From: an uncultured bacterium
GTDB lineage: Bacteria > Verrucomicrobiota > Kiritimatiellia > RFP12 > UBA1067
DNA length: 64,000 nucleotides
Reading direction: 5' to 3'
Assembly (NCBI GenBank): GCA_902779865.1
Contig: CACZDG010000005.1
Coordinates: forward strand, 8,207-72,206
How positions within the stretch are numbered: position 1 is the stretch's first letter; each line of letters starts with the position of its first letter. A program made the position numbers and the translations under genes. The notes beneath the pieces are model-generated. The model did no database searches. It saw nothing but the letters and a program-made list of their open reading frames with translations, and was not told the origin of the DNA. Of this stretch, positions 29,001 through 37,973 are shown in pieces.

Positions 29001-32000
29001 CCCGAAGCACTCGCTCCGTCTCTTCTTCCGCAACGACTACGGCGACGGGCCGCTCGAGTTCCCGCTCTTCGGCGACGAGGGCGCGGGCAAGTTCAAGAAG
29101 GTCGACCTGCGCACGTCGCAGAACTACGCCTGGGCAAACGGGACGGGCAGCACCTACAAGAAGGACACCTTCATCCACGAGGTGTTCGCGCGGGACACGC
29201 AGCGCGACATGGGCGAGCTCTACACGCGGAGCCGCTACTACAACCTGTTCATCAACGGACACTACTGGGGCCTCTACCAGACGCAGGAGCGCGGCGACGA
29301 GGACTTCGCAGAAACGTACAACGGCGGCGACGCCGACCTCTACGATGTCATCAAGACCTCGCAGCCCGGCTATGTGACCGGCGCCTCCGAGGGCACGATC
29401 GACGCCTGGGAGGCGCTCTGGAACATGGCGGTGAACGAAGGCTTCTCCGGCGCCTACTCCAACAACTACCGCAAGGCGATGGGACAGAACCCGGACGGCT
29501 CGCGCAATCCCGAGTACCCGGTGTACCTCAACCCGACCAACCTGATGGACTACGTCATCAACTTCCACTACATGGTTGACTACGACTCGCCCGCCGCCGC
29601 GAGCATGGCGAACAACCTCTACGCCGTGCGCGACCGCGACGACGACGACGACGGTCTCAAGTCGCAGGGCTTCTACTTCCTGCGCCACGACGCGGAGCAC
29701 ACCATGGGCCGGCACGCAAATTCCGAGGCAAAAGACGACCCGACTCTGTACGGCACCGAGCAGAGCCACGCCAACTTCAAGAAGCTCAACGCGTTCAACC
29801 CTGGAGAGCTCCATTACAAGCTTTGCGCCAACCCGGAATACAAGATGGCGTTCGCGGACAGGTTCTACAAGCACTGCCTCGCGCAGGGCGGCGCGCTCAC
29901 CGTCCCCGAGGCGACCAGGCGCTTCCAGAGCCGCATGGCGGAGATCGACGACGTGATCGTGTGCGAGTCCGCACGCTGGGCGACGGACGGGCAGACGCGC
30001 CAGACGTGGCTGAGCGCCTGCGGCGACTGCTTCACCTTCATCACGAACCGCATGCCGTACATGCTCTCGCAGTACCGCAACCGCGGTTGGTACCCGTCCA
30101 TTGACGCGGGTGTCGTGCTCAACGGCACAGGCGCGACGGTCGTTGACGGCATGGTTGTCGCATCGACCGACAAGATCTACCTCTCCGGCGCCGGCACCGT
30201 TTACTATACGCTCGACGGCAGCGATCCGCGCATCGAGGGCGGTGCGGTCGCCGATGGCGCAGTCCAGTATTCCGGTGCCTCACCCGCACCAATCGACGTC
30301 CCGGTCATCGCGAAGGGCGATGTCTGGAAGTATTCCGACGCAGGTGCGAAGCCGGCCGAGAACTGGACCGCTCCCGACTACGACGATTCGTCGTGGAGCT
30401 CCGGCGCCAGCCGCCTTGGCTTCGCGAGCTCGGGCACGTTCGGCACGGCGCTGAACCGCTATGTCGGCGGCGGCTCGTCCGGAACGCAGGTGACGACCTA
30501 CTACTTCCGCAAGACGTTCACGATGCCCGCCGGCGCAGAGTTGATGACCGAGTTGAAGGCGGCGCTTGACTGCGACGACGGCTACGTCGCCTACATCAAC
30601 GGAGTCGAGGTCAAGCGCGACCAGGTCGCCTCGACGGAATACAGCGCGTTCTCCACGGCGACGAACATGGGCGAGAAGAACGACACGTTCACGTTCCCCG
30701 CCGGCACGCTCGTCGAGGGCGAAAACGTCATCGCCGTCGAGGTGCACCAGTGCAACGCGAGTTCGACCGACGCCTGGTGGAACCTCGCGCTTTCGTACGC
30801 GCAGGCCGTGGAAGTGGAGGGCGGAATCGCCGTGCCTCCCACGGGGCTCACGCTCACGATGCGCGTCCTCTCGCCGTCCGGCGAATGGAGCGCGCTTTCG
30901 ACGGTCAATGTCAGGGGCGAGCTGCCGCAGGCGTCTGTCGCGGACGGCCTGCGTCTCGCCGAGGCGCTCACGTCGGCTGAGGGCGACGATACGCTCGACT
31001 ACCTGGTCGTCACGAACGTGGCTGCGGGCGAGATCCATCTCGACGGCGTGAAGATCGTCGCGTGGAACGCGAAGAAGAAGAGCGAGGCGGATCCGTCGCT
31101 CACCTACTTCTTCCCCGCCGGCACGAGCCTTGGTTCCGGCGAGTCGCTGCGGATCGATGCCGCCTCGTTCCCTACGGGTGGCAAGCTCACGAACAGCCAG
31201 GTGGGCCTGCGCATCTACGCTGCGGGCGGGGCGCTCGTGCAGGACGTCTATCTTGATGCTGACTGGTGGAGCGGCGCGTGCGACGGAACGGGCGAATACT
31301 TCGTGGCGAAGACGTTCGGCGCGGAGGCGAAGACGGTTTCGGACTGGAAGCCGTCCGTGAGCTGGGTCGAGAAGAACCTGCGCTTCTTCGAGTTCGACGG
31401 TGTTCCGGCTGATGGCAACGGCGGTGACACGGGCGAGTATTTCGTGTTGACGAACCTCTCCGACTCGGTCACGCTGGACCTCACAGGCGTCGTGGTCAAC
31501 ATCTGCAAGTCGGGCGATCTCGAGACCTCCGCGAAGTGCATTGTCACGGTTCCCGAGATGACCCTCGCGCCGGGCGCAACCGTCCGCTTCGACCAGGCCA
31601 CGTACTGGAACGGCTCGAAGCAGAAGATCACCAATGGCGCGTTGGTCATGAAGATCTACGACGCCGAAGGCGCGACGGTCCAGGTCTCCACGCCCGACCA
31701 GAACAATGCGGCATTCGCCAATTACAAAGCGAAGGCTTCCTCGACGAATGGCGGACCCGTCCTGCGCGCAACCTCGTTCACACGCGAGACGACGACTGCG
31801 GACTGGGTGGAATACACGCCTGCGCCGGCCGACTGGCCGGACGATCCGGACACGGAGATCACGTCGACGACGACGGCGGCGGACCTCGCCATCACCACCG
31901 GCGCGTTCACGAACGCGACGCCGGAAGTCCTGCGGAAGCTCTCCAAGTGGGCGAAGGCGAACGGCGTGCCGTATGGCGGCGAAGCGGTCAACGGCGTCGT

Positions 32001-32262
32001 GTTCGCGGAGTCTGGCTACACGCTCTTCGAGGAGGCCTACCTCCTGAACTGCGCGCCGACGGCCGAGGCGGTGGCGGCGAAGAAGGCGCTGTTCCGCTTC
32101 AACGAGATCATTCCGGGCACCGTCCCGTCGATCGACGCAACGCTCTACAACGGAAGGGTGAGGATACTCGGCTCCCAGACGCTCGAAGGTGGCGGGACAT
32201 GGTCCGATGCCTCCGAAGATCTGGCGACGGCGCACTTCTTCAAGGCCGTGCTGACATTCTGA
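26017..32262 (+). CDS. giant secreted multidomain protein: lamin-tail (LTD) domains, PA14, Fn3-associated/chitobiase-like, CotH kinase-like domain
   Basis: Signal peptide. LTD FINEVMASNGE..LDWVELRNDNDDDIDVTGWYMYD. PA14 GSWTFSVGSDDGFSLEAWN. ATIYYTLDGTSPT. CotH core RYYNLFINGHYWGLYQTQERGDEDF, NLYAVRDRDDDDDG, FFLRHDAEHTMG. Confidence 0.8.
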   Translation: MSKVVKSFFAASIAACVAAASSPLFADTWFDAGIPSYTSWPDDDSAYEVPGVGVWTNTASAELGSSAGQTWLSVFAEEVTPLLFTPLQTRSVVTDEPTMVFNVKFTEGTSPLIADQTIKGSVTVVEKGEGSVYMGLMKDPDGATNIWRELSGATPDLANSVELRVSLRNYNGERQVRYAVGNTVLTSSYGEWAPTAYTGSSDDVTSAGMVGNGDLFNLAAETIVVRVKSPLTIPDIDGMGVVSVKVDGVEVSPEGDGTYLVPAGAYVAVTFAPDEGKYLDFRTMVFQMGDSAMTLPVAGRPSVVPPSSFLFINEVMASNGETAATENGGAELDWVELRNDNDDDIDVTGWYMYDNATKPTKWVQIEGSCVVPAHGFKIVWCDKSYTNWAAGEAHAKFGVGKSDSTVVLAYSNSVDAIVATMVLPPQMKDVSYGLGNREKTVLGKLDAAQWRVGNGEWQAASGPVGMPGAATGGFTVTSYQLNKDACANIPAVEGALASGRYSPKKTLTGVQTVAYKNASATISSEFSSSYRSVSEVGMADNGTYYAILVEGVVNIPRAGSWTFSVGSDDGFSLEAWNEKYHFQSEYTGARGYGQTPAIFRVQEPGAYNVRLLYFQATGGAALDFCVKEGEFEDYENFTLDGFSLVGTAASGVAHVGAWAGHVSTDVSAAMLNVTNALDWKATFALDAAPASDDAFRLKVRYADGFTAKVNGTVVTNVLVEEARVLADALTPVVIPIPSELLTVGDNLLEITAVNDAVNDPDFLLSAEVSVTKSAEELVFFREPTPGAKNTTAGYGPASPKVQFSVPHGYKTAAFDLTLSCADDPTATIYYTLDGTSPTTSSTPYTGPIHITGTTCIRAAVPQEGSVIQQDAAATYLFLDDILQQTSGVVPAGFPSTTINSQVMRYGMNQSIVNGADRDRLLRGFTNSVSTISLVIDPHNLFDPVEGIYVNAKACDGREWERTTMVEQIDPTNDANGFSTAGGIRIRGAFSRNPQYPKHSLRLFFRNDYGDGPLEFPLFGDEGAGKFKKVDLRTSQNYAWANGTGSTYKKDTFIHEVFARDTQRDMGELYTRSRYYNLFINGHYWGLYQTQERGDEDFAETYNGGDADLYDVIKTSQPGYVTGASEGTIDAWEALWNMAVNEGFSGAYSNNYRKAMGQNPDGSRNPEYPVYLNPTNLMDYVINFHYMVDYDSPAAASMANNLYAVRDRDDDDDGLKSQGFYFLRHDAEHTMGRHANSEAKDDPTLYGTEQSHANFKKLNAFNPGELHYKLCANPEYKMAFADRFYKHCLAQGGALTVPEATRRFQSRMAEIDDVIVCESARWATDGQTRQTWLSACGDCFTFITNRMPYMLSQYRNRGWYPSIDAGVVLNGTGATVVDGMVVASTDKIYLSGAGTVYYTLDGSDPRIEGGAVADGAVQYSGASPAPIDVPVIAKGDVWKYSDAGAKPAENWTAPDYDDSSWSSGASRLGFASSGTFGTALNRYVGGGSSGTQVTTYYFRKTFTMPAGAELMTELKAALDCDDGYVAYINGVEVKRDQVASTEYSAFSTATNMGEKNDTFTFPAGTLVEGENVIAVEVHQCNASSTDAWWNLALSYAQAVEVEGGIAVPPTGLTLTMRVLSPSGEWSALSTVNVRGELPQASVADGLRLAEALTSAEGDDTLDYLVVTNVAAGEIHLDGVKIVAWNAKKKSEADPSLTYFFPAGTSLGSGESLRIDAASFPTGGKLTNSQVGLRIYAAGGALVQDVYLDADWWSGACDGTGEYFVAKTFGAEAKTVSDWKPSVSWVEKNLRFFEFDGVPADGNGGDTGEYFVLTNLSDSVTLDLTGVVVNICKSGDLETSAKCIVTVPEMTLAPGATVRFDQATYWNGSKQKITNGALVMKIYDAEGATVQVSTPDQNNAAFANYKAKASSTNGGPVLRATSFTRETTTADWVEYTPAPADWPDDPDTEITSTTTAADLAITTGAFTNATPEVLRKLSKWAKANGVPYGGEAVNGVVFAESGYTLFEEAYLLNCAPTAEAVAAKKALFRFNEIIPGTVPSIDATLYNGRVRILGSQTLEGGGTWSDASEDLATAHFFKAVLTF

Positions 32263-32290
32263 CGGTGTCTTTATCAACAGGAGAAATAAG

Positions 32291-34630
32291 ATGAACATAA
32301 ATAAACTAATGACGCTCGCTGTAATAGGCGTAGCGGTGGCCTCGTTATCGTCGTATGCCGCGCCGGACCCTGAAACGGTATTCCGCAACCCGCCGCAAAG
32401 CGCTAAGACGGGCGTGTGGTGGCACTGGATGGGGTGCAACGTCTCGAAAGAAGGAATCGTCAAGGACCTCGACTGGTTCAAGGAGACCGGCATCGGCGCG
32501 GCGACGATCTTCGGCATGGCGGACGTCTGCTCGCCGTGGGCGACGAAGATCAAGAACAGCCCCAACGAGGGCCTGATTGCGTTCACTCCCGACTGGTGGA
32601 AGCTCGTGCGCTTCGCGTGCGAGGAGGCGGAGAAGCGCGGCATCGAGATCGGCGTACACAACTGTCCCGGCTACACCTCGACGGGCGGCCCGTGGATTCC
32701 CCCTCGTCTTTCGATGCGCGAGCTCGTGTTCAACGTCACGAACGCCGAGGCGCAGATATCGCTCACCGCGCACGCCGCATTCCCCGTGCAGGTGGGCGAA
32801 GGCGGGCCGTTCAAGAAGCCGGACATCCCAAGCCGCCGGACGGACCTTCAGGAGATCGCGGTCGTGGAGGGCGTGCGCGTGCAGCACATCCCGATGGGCT
32901 CCTTCACGCAGCCCAACCAGTGGGAGACGTTTGGTGTCGAGTGCGACAAGATGAACCCGGAGGCCGTCGCGTTCCACATGGACAAGGTGATCGGCGACAT
33001 GAAGAAGTACGTCGGCGACCAGATCGGACGCGGACTCAAGTTCGTCCTGCTCGACAGCTACGAGGCCGGATGGCCGTCATGGACCCCGAACATGCGCGCG
33101 GAGTTCAAGGCGCGGCGCGGGTACGATCCGCTGCCGTACCTGCCGATTCTCGGCGGGTTCAAGGTGTCCGTCGCGAAGGACAAGGCGGCGGAAAAGAAGT
33201 TCCGCGACGACTACAAGCTCACCATCAGGGAGCTCTACCGCGACGTGTTCTTCAAGATCATCCACGAAAAGCTTTCAGCAGTCGGACTCGAGATGGCCTG
33301 CGAGCCGTACGGCGGGCCGATCGACACGCGCATGTGCGCGGGTTACGTGGACCGGCTGATGACCGAGTTCTGGTACAGGCCGAACCTCAACCGCAAGCTC
33401 CCCAAACGCCTCGAATGGAACCAGTGGACCGGTCCCGCCGGGAAGCGCCACAACGTCGTCGAGGCGGAGGCGTTCACGGGCAGCCCCGGCGCCTGCAACT
33501 GGATCGAGACGCCGTATCTCCTGAAGGCGGCGGGCGACACGCAGTTCTACCGCGGCATCAACCGCATGACGCTGCATACGTGTCCGCTCCAACCGTGGCC
33601 GGACGAATTCCTGCCCGGCAAGGTGATGGGACGCTGGGGCACGCACTTCGGCCGCACGCAGACGTGGGCGAAGAGCGGCAAGGGCTTCTACACGTACCTC
33701 AACCGCTGCCAGGCGCTTCTCCAGTGGGGCGAGCCGAGCAAGATCCGCATCATCGGACACGACATCACGCCCAAGGGCACGCCGCTCACCGCCCACGCCC
33801 GCGAGGCGGACGGCACGGTCGTTTTCTTCGTGATGAACCATTCGGACCATCCCGCGTCCATGAACATGGGCCTTCCGAACATCGGCAAGGCGCCGGAGTG
33901 GTTCGATCCCGTCACGGGTACGGTTGCGCCGCTCGCTCTCGTCAACGGCAAGGCGCCCATCCAGCTCCCGCCCTGCGGCACGGGTTTCCTCGTGCTGCGT
34001 AAGCCGGCCGGCTCGCTTACGGCCAACGCGGACAGCGACTACTACCAGAAGCTCGACAAGCCGTTCACGGGTGGCGACGCGCAACCCGTCGCGGGACCAT
34101 GGCGCGTGACCTTCGGCGGAAAAACAATCGATATGCCTACGCTTTCCGACTGGACTGCCAACGCCGATCCCGACGTCAAGTATTTCAGCGGCACTGCAAA
34201 GTACTGCACGCGCCTTGTTGTCGCTCGTCTGCCGTCGAATGTCGGGTCAATCCTTACTCTCGGCAACTGCAACAACCAGGTGGCGAAGGTGATCCTCAAC
34301 GGCAAGGCGTACGCGCCGGTATGGTGCGCGCCCTACGAGGTGCGTTTCGCGCCGGGCGACCTGAAGGAAGGGGAGAACACGCTCGAGGTCGAGTTCACCA
34401 ACGTGTGGGCGAACCGGCTCATCGGCGACGAGCAGGAGCCGCCGGACTGCAAATTCGTGAAGGCGGTCTATCCTGGCGGATGGTATCTTGAATCCTTCCC
34501 CGACTGGTTCAAAAAGGGAATCGCGGCGCGTCCGTCGAAGGGCCGCAAGTGCTTCACGGACTGGAACTACTTCACGAAGGACTCCAAGCTCGCGCCGTCT
34601 GGCCTCATCGGTCCTGTCACGTTGCGATGA
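32291..34630 (+). CDS. secreted glycoside hydrolase, GH106-like (alpha-L-rhamnosidase-related jelly-roll family)
   Basis: Signal peptide. N-terminal FRNPPQSAKTGVWWHWMGCNVSKEGIVKDLDWFKETGIG and C-terminal LEVEFTNVWANRLIGDE are hallmark patterns of this family, from memory. Confidence 0.65.
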   Translation: MNINKLMTLAVIGVAVASLSSYAAPDPETVFRNPPQSAKTGVWWHWMGCNVSKEGIVKDLDWFKETGIGAATIFGMADVCSPWATKIKNSPNEGLIAFTPDWWKLVRFACEEAEKRGIEIGVHNCPGYTSTGGPWIPPRLSMRELVFNVTNAEAQISLTAHAAFPVQVGEGGPFKKPDIPSRRTDLQEIAVVEGVRVQHIPMGSFTQPNQWETFGVECDKMNPEAVAFHMDKVIGDMKKYVGDQIGRGLKFVLLDSYEAGWPSWTPNMRAEFKARRGYDPLPYLPILGGFKVSVAKDKAAEKKFRDDYKLTIRELYRDVFFKIIHEKLSAVGLEMACEPYGGPIDTRMCAGYVDRLMTEFWYRPNLNRKLPKRLEWNQWTGPAGKRHNVVEAEAFTGSPGACNWIETPYLLKAAGDTQFYRGINRMTLHTCPLQPWPDEFLPGKVMGRWGTHFGRTQTWAKSGKGFYTYLNRCQALLQWGEPSKIRIIGHDITPKGTPLTAHAREADGTVVFFVMNHSDHPASMNMGLPNIGKAPEWFDPVTGTVAPLALVNGKAPIQLPPCGTGFLVLRKPAGSLTANADSDYYQKLDKPFTGGDAQPVAGPWRVTFGGKTIDMPTLSDWTANADPDVKYFSGTAKYCTRLVVARLPSNVGSILTLGNCNNQVAKVILNGKAYAPVWCAPYEVRFAPGDLKEGENTLEVEFTNVWANRLIGDEQEPPDCKFVKAVYPGGWYLESFPDWFKKGIAARPSKGRKCFTDWNYFTKDSKLAPSGLIGPVTLR

Positions 34631-36825
34631 TGAAAATATCTTATTGCCTTGCGGTGTCCGTTTGCGGGGTGGTAATGTCCGCCAGCGCCGCGACGTTCCA
34701 TGTCAATCCCGTGGCCGCGCCGGGCGGCGATGGTTCGTCCTCGAAGCCGTTCGCCACGCTAGAGACGGCGCGCGACAGCGTGCGCGCGGCGCGTAAGGCG
34801 GGAAAAGTCGCCTCTGGCGAAGCGGTGGAGATCGTGCTCGCGCCGGGCGACTACGTGCCGATGGAAGGTTTCGCGCTCAAACCATGTGACGGCGGTGCGT
34901 ACGAATCGGCGCTGGTCGTCTGGAAGGCGGCCAAGGCCGGCACGGCGCGCATCGTGGGTGGCGTGCGTGTGCCGATGCGTGCGTTCAGTCCCGTTACGGA
35001 CGAGTCCGTTCTTGCGCGTCTCCCCGAAGAGGCACGCGGTAAGGTGCTGCAGGCCGATATCTCCGCGATCCTTCCCGGCAAGGTGCCGTCCATGGCCGCC
35101 GCGTTCGGTGGCACGCCCACCGCGCCGCTGCTGTTCCTGAACCACCGCTTCGGTACGCTCGCGCGCTGGCCGAACTCGGACTACACCTCGTTCTCGAAGT
35201 GCGTGGACCACGGTGCCCGGATCAAGATGACTTCCGGCGGCGGCAGCGTGAACAAGCCCGGTGCCTTTATCTACTCCAATCCGCGCGCGAAGCGGTGGAA
35301 CTTCGCAGAGGGCGTGTGGATGAACGGGTACTGGACGCACGACTGGAGCAACCACTCCGTGAAGGCCGCGTCCTACGGCGCGGAGAACGGCACGAGCGAC
35401 GTGATCCGCCTTGCCGACTCAATCCCGTACGGCGTGCTGGGTGGCACCTGGGGACGCAAGGACCGCAGGTTCTACGTGTTCAACCTGCTTGATGAACTGG
35501 ATACGCCTGGCGAATGGTACCTCGACCGCGCGCGCAAGACGCTTTACATCTGTCCGCCAGAGGGCGGGTTGAAGGATTCGGACGAAGTGTTCGTGGCGGT
35601 GTCCGGTGCACCGCTCGTTTCGGCGAAAGACATCGCGCACGTCCGCTTCGAGGGAATAACCTTTGAATACGCCTACGGGGATGGGCTCTCGATTGCCGGT
35701 ACGGATGTTCAAGTCGTCGGCTGCCGCGTGGCGTGCTGTGGCGGGTCGGGCGTATTGCTGCACGGTGACCGCAACGTGATGCGCGGCTGCGAGGTGGTAC
35801 AGGTCGGGCGCGTGGGCGTGTCGGCGAACGGCGGCGACCGCAAGACGCTCCGCCGCGCGGACTCCGTCTTTGAGGATAACCACATGCATGACTTCGGCGT
35901 GTTCCAACGCACCTACGCACCGGGTTTCGGCGTCAATGGCTGCGGCATCACGTTGCGCGCGAACGTGGTGCACGACGCACCGCACTCCGCCGTCCTCTAC
36001 GGTGGCAACGAGCACCTCTTCGAGTACAACAACGTCTATCGCGTGCTGCTGGAGACGGGCGACGCGGGCGCGTACTACACGGGACGCGACTGGACCACGC
36101 AGGGCAACGTGCTGCGTTTCAACTACACGCACGACCTCGGCGCGGGAGGAGAGATTGCCAACACGATGGGCTTCTACTTCGACGACTGCGACTGCGGCGA
36201 CGAGGTGTACGGCAACGTGTTCCACAACGTGTCGCGCGGCATCATGGTCGGCGGCGGACGTGAGCACCCGATTCGCAACAACGTCTTCTCGCGCTGCCTG
36301 ATCGGGATGTCTATCGACTGCCGCGGAATGACGTGGAAGCACTGGAACAGCGCCGAGCATGGTGGCCCGTCGTGGTTGCTGGAGGACAAGGCGAAGGCGT
36401 TCGACTACACGAACGGCGTATGGGCGATGCGCTATCCGCGCCTTGCGAACATCATGAACGACCATCCGCGCGAGCCGCTGTACAATCCCGTGGAGAACAA
36501 CGTCTTCATCGACTGCCAGAAGGAGATTCTCGTCCTTGACCGCATCGCGCCGCTTGCGCGGATGGCGCCGATTGCGGGCAACGTGGTCGTCAACACGCAA
36601 GGTACGAACGGCGTGAAGTGCGCATCTATCGATGCGCGAATCGCGTCCGGCTTCACGGTACTCAACGGTACGACCAACGCACCGTGCGCATTTGGCTTCG
36701 CGGATGCGGCGAACGGCGACTTCCGCCTCCTCCCCGACGCGGCGATCTTGAAGGCCTGCCCCGCTTTCCGTCCCCTGCCCATTGCTCGTATCCCGAACTG
36801 GGACAATGGGAACCATTCCCGTTAA
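34627..36825 (+). CDS. secreted right-handed parallel beta-helix repeat protein (polysaccharide lyase/hydrolase fold)
   Basis: Start at the ATG overlapping the previous stop (ATGA). Signal peptide MMKISYCLAVSVCGVVMSASA. Repeated G-x-x-V/I-x-N/D beta-helix rungs (GITFEYAYGDG, GCRVACCGGSG, GITLRANVVHD, NNVFSRC). Confidence 0.7.
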   Translation: MMKISYCLAVSVCGVVMSASAATFHVNPVAAPGGDGSSSKPFATLETARDSVRAARKAGKVASGEAVEIVLAPGDYVPMEGFALKPCDGGAYESALVVWKAAKAGTARIVGGVRVPMRAFSPVTDESVLARLPEEARGKVLQADISAILPGKVPSMAAAFGGTPTAPLLFLNHRFGTLARWPNSDYTSFSKCVDHGARIKMTSGGGSVNKPGAFIYSNPRAKRWNFAEGVWMNGYWTHDWSNHSVKAASYGAENGTSDVIRLADSIPYGVLGGTWGRKDRRFYVFNLLDELDTPGEWYLDRARKTLYICPPEGGLKDSDEVFVAVSGAPLVSAKDIAHVRFEGITFEYAYGDGLSIAGTDVQVVGCRVACCGGSGVLLHGDRNVMRGCEVVQVGRVGVSANGGDRKTLRRADSVFEDNHMHDFGVFQRTYAPGFGVNGCGITLRANVVHDAPHSAVLYGGNEHLFEYNNVYRVLLETGDAGAYYTGRDWTTQGNVLRFNYTHDLGAGGEIANTMGFYFDDCDCGDEVYGNVFHNVSRGIMVGGGREHPIRNNVFSRCLIGMSIDCRGMTWKHWNSAEHGGPSWLLEDKAKAFDYTNGVWAMRYPRLANIMNDHPREPLYNPVENNVFIDCQKEILVLDRIAPLARMAPIAGNVVVNTQGTNGVKCASIDARIASGFTVLNGTTNAPCAFGFADAANGDFRLLPDAAILKACPAFRPLPIARIPNWDNGNHSR

Positions 36826-36886
36826 ATCCACAGGGACAGAAAAACTACCACACGTTTCCAACGTCGTATGCAACGGAAGCACGAAA

Positions 36887-37822
36887 ATGCAACAGCAAGA
36901 GACCATACATGCCGTCATGGCGCCACTGGATGACGAATTCATAAGGTCACGCATTTATACAATTCGCGGCATACAAGTTATGTTGGATCGCGATTTGGCG
37001 ATTCTGTACGGCGTTGACGCGAAACGAATCAACGAGCAAGTAAAGCGCAATGCGGAGCGCTTCCCTGAAGACTTCATGTTTCGTCTTGCAAAGGACGAGT
37101 GTTTAAGGTCGCAAATTGCGACCTTAAACATGGAGCGCGGGAAGCATCTGAAATATATGCCGCATGCCTTTACGGAAAGCGGCGTTGCCATGCTGAGCGG
37201 AGTGTTGCGTTCTACTGTTGCCATTGACGTCAATGTGAGGATAATGCGTGCATTTGTTTCCATGCGAAGAGCATTGTCCTCGATAGCGCCTGTCTTGGCA
37301 AGAGTGGCAGAGACCGAGAGACTGCAACTCGAGGAAAAGGCAGCCCGACTTGCGGACCAGGCGAAGAACGAGGAGCGTTTTGACACGATCTTCAAGGCGA
37401 TGGACGGGGGCGATTTCCCGCCGCAGAAGGTGTTTTTCGACGGCAAGCATTACGACGCATATTCATTTGCGAGGAAGCTGGTCCGCAAGGCGAAGAAGAA
37501 CATCGTCCTCGTGGACAACTATTGCGACGATGTCACGCTCGACATCCTTTCGCAAAAATGCGGCGGTGCGGATGTGCTGATTGCCACCACGCACAAATCT
37601 GCCACCAAGTTCATATCGCCGACCGCCGTCGCCAAGTTCAACAAGCAGAATCCGACGCTCACGATCAAGACCGTTGGTTCATTCCACGATAGATTTCTCA
37701 TTCTCGACGGCACCGAACTCTACCACTTCGGCGCGTCCATGAAAGACCTGGGACGTCAATATTGCGCCATCACCAAGATGGACGCCATGTTCATCCCGTC
37801 GATCATGCAGCGAATCCCGTAG
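36887..37822 (+). CDS. ORF6N (KilA-N-related) DNA-binding domain protein with conserved uncharacterised C-terminal domain
   Basis: IYTIRGIQVMLDRDLAILYGVDAKRINEQVKRNAERFPEDFMFRL, HAFTESGVAMLSGVL. C-terminal VLVDNYCDD...FHDRFLILDGTELYHFGASMKDLG. First gene of the AT-richer island. Confidence 0.8.
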   Translation: MQQQETIHAVMAPLDDEFIRSRIYTIRGIQVMLDRDLAILYGVDAKRINEQVKRNAERFPEDFMFRLAKDECLRSQIATLNMERGKHLKYMPHAFTESGVAMLSGVLRSTVAIDVNVRIMRAFVSMRRALSSIAPVLARVAETERLQLEEKAARLADQAKNEERFDTIFKAMDGGDFPPQKVFFDGKHYDAYSFARKLVRKAKKNIVLVDNYCDDVTLDILSQKCGGADVLIATTHKSATKFISPTAVAKFNKQNPTLTIKTVGSFHDRFLILDGTELYHFGASMKDLGRQYCAITKMDAMFIPSIMQRIP

Positions 37823-37896
37823 CCACCGATTTATGCTATACTATCCCCGTTCCTCAAACCAAAGGAAGAATGATGATGTATTCGCTTGATGAGCAT

Positions 37897-37970
37897 AAAA
37901 AAAGCCCGGCGAACCGGGCCGCAGTCTCAAAACGACTTCGGCATATAGCCTTGTTGTGATAAGATGCGTG
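37897..37970 (-). ncRNA. predicted tracrRNA of the type II-C system
   Basis: The minus strand reads GCAUCUUAUCACAAC (anti-repeat, 13/15 complementary to repeat nt 1-15). This is followed by AAGGCUAUAUGCC (nexus-like), AGUC-GUUUUGA-GACU hairpin, and GCCCGG-UUCG-CCGGGC plus U7 terminator. It has its own consensus promoter. The 5' end is inferred, not mapped. Confidence 0.8.
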
Positions 37971-37973
37971 CAC

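Noticed and set aside
23940-32262. PEP-CTERM sorting signals in the large secreted proteins, as cargo for the exosortase at 7536.
   Set aside because: Neither C-terminus has a Pro-Glu-Pro motif followed by a TM helix and basic tail. They end in a beta-strand-like FFKVxL module instead.
26614-32661. Very long minus-strand ORFs (1086 aa at 26614-29874, 793 aa at 30280-32661) and plus-strand off-frame ORFs (for example 26589-28049, 28578-29579) inside the 2081-aa gene.
   Set aside because: Their composition is dominated by Arg, Gly, Val, His and Asp, as expected from reading GC-rich coding DNA in the wrong frame or strand. The forward frame carries clear LTD, PA14 and CotH motifs.
37870-37962. 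30-codon plus-strand ORF (MMMYSLDEHKKSPANRAAVSKRLRHIALL) with an AAGGAAG upstream.
   Set aside because: It is exactly antisense to the predicted tracrRNA including its terminator hairpin. The SD spacing is too short. It is most likely fortuitous.
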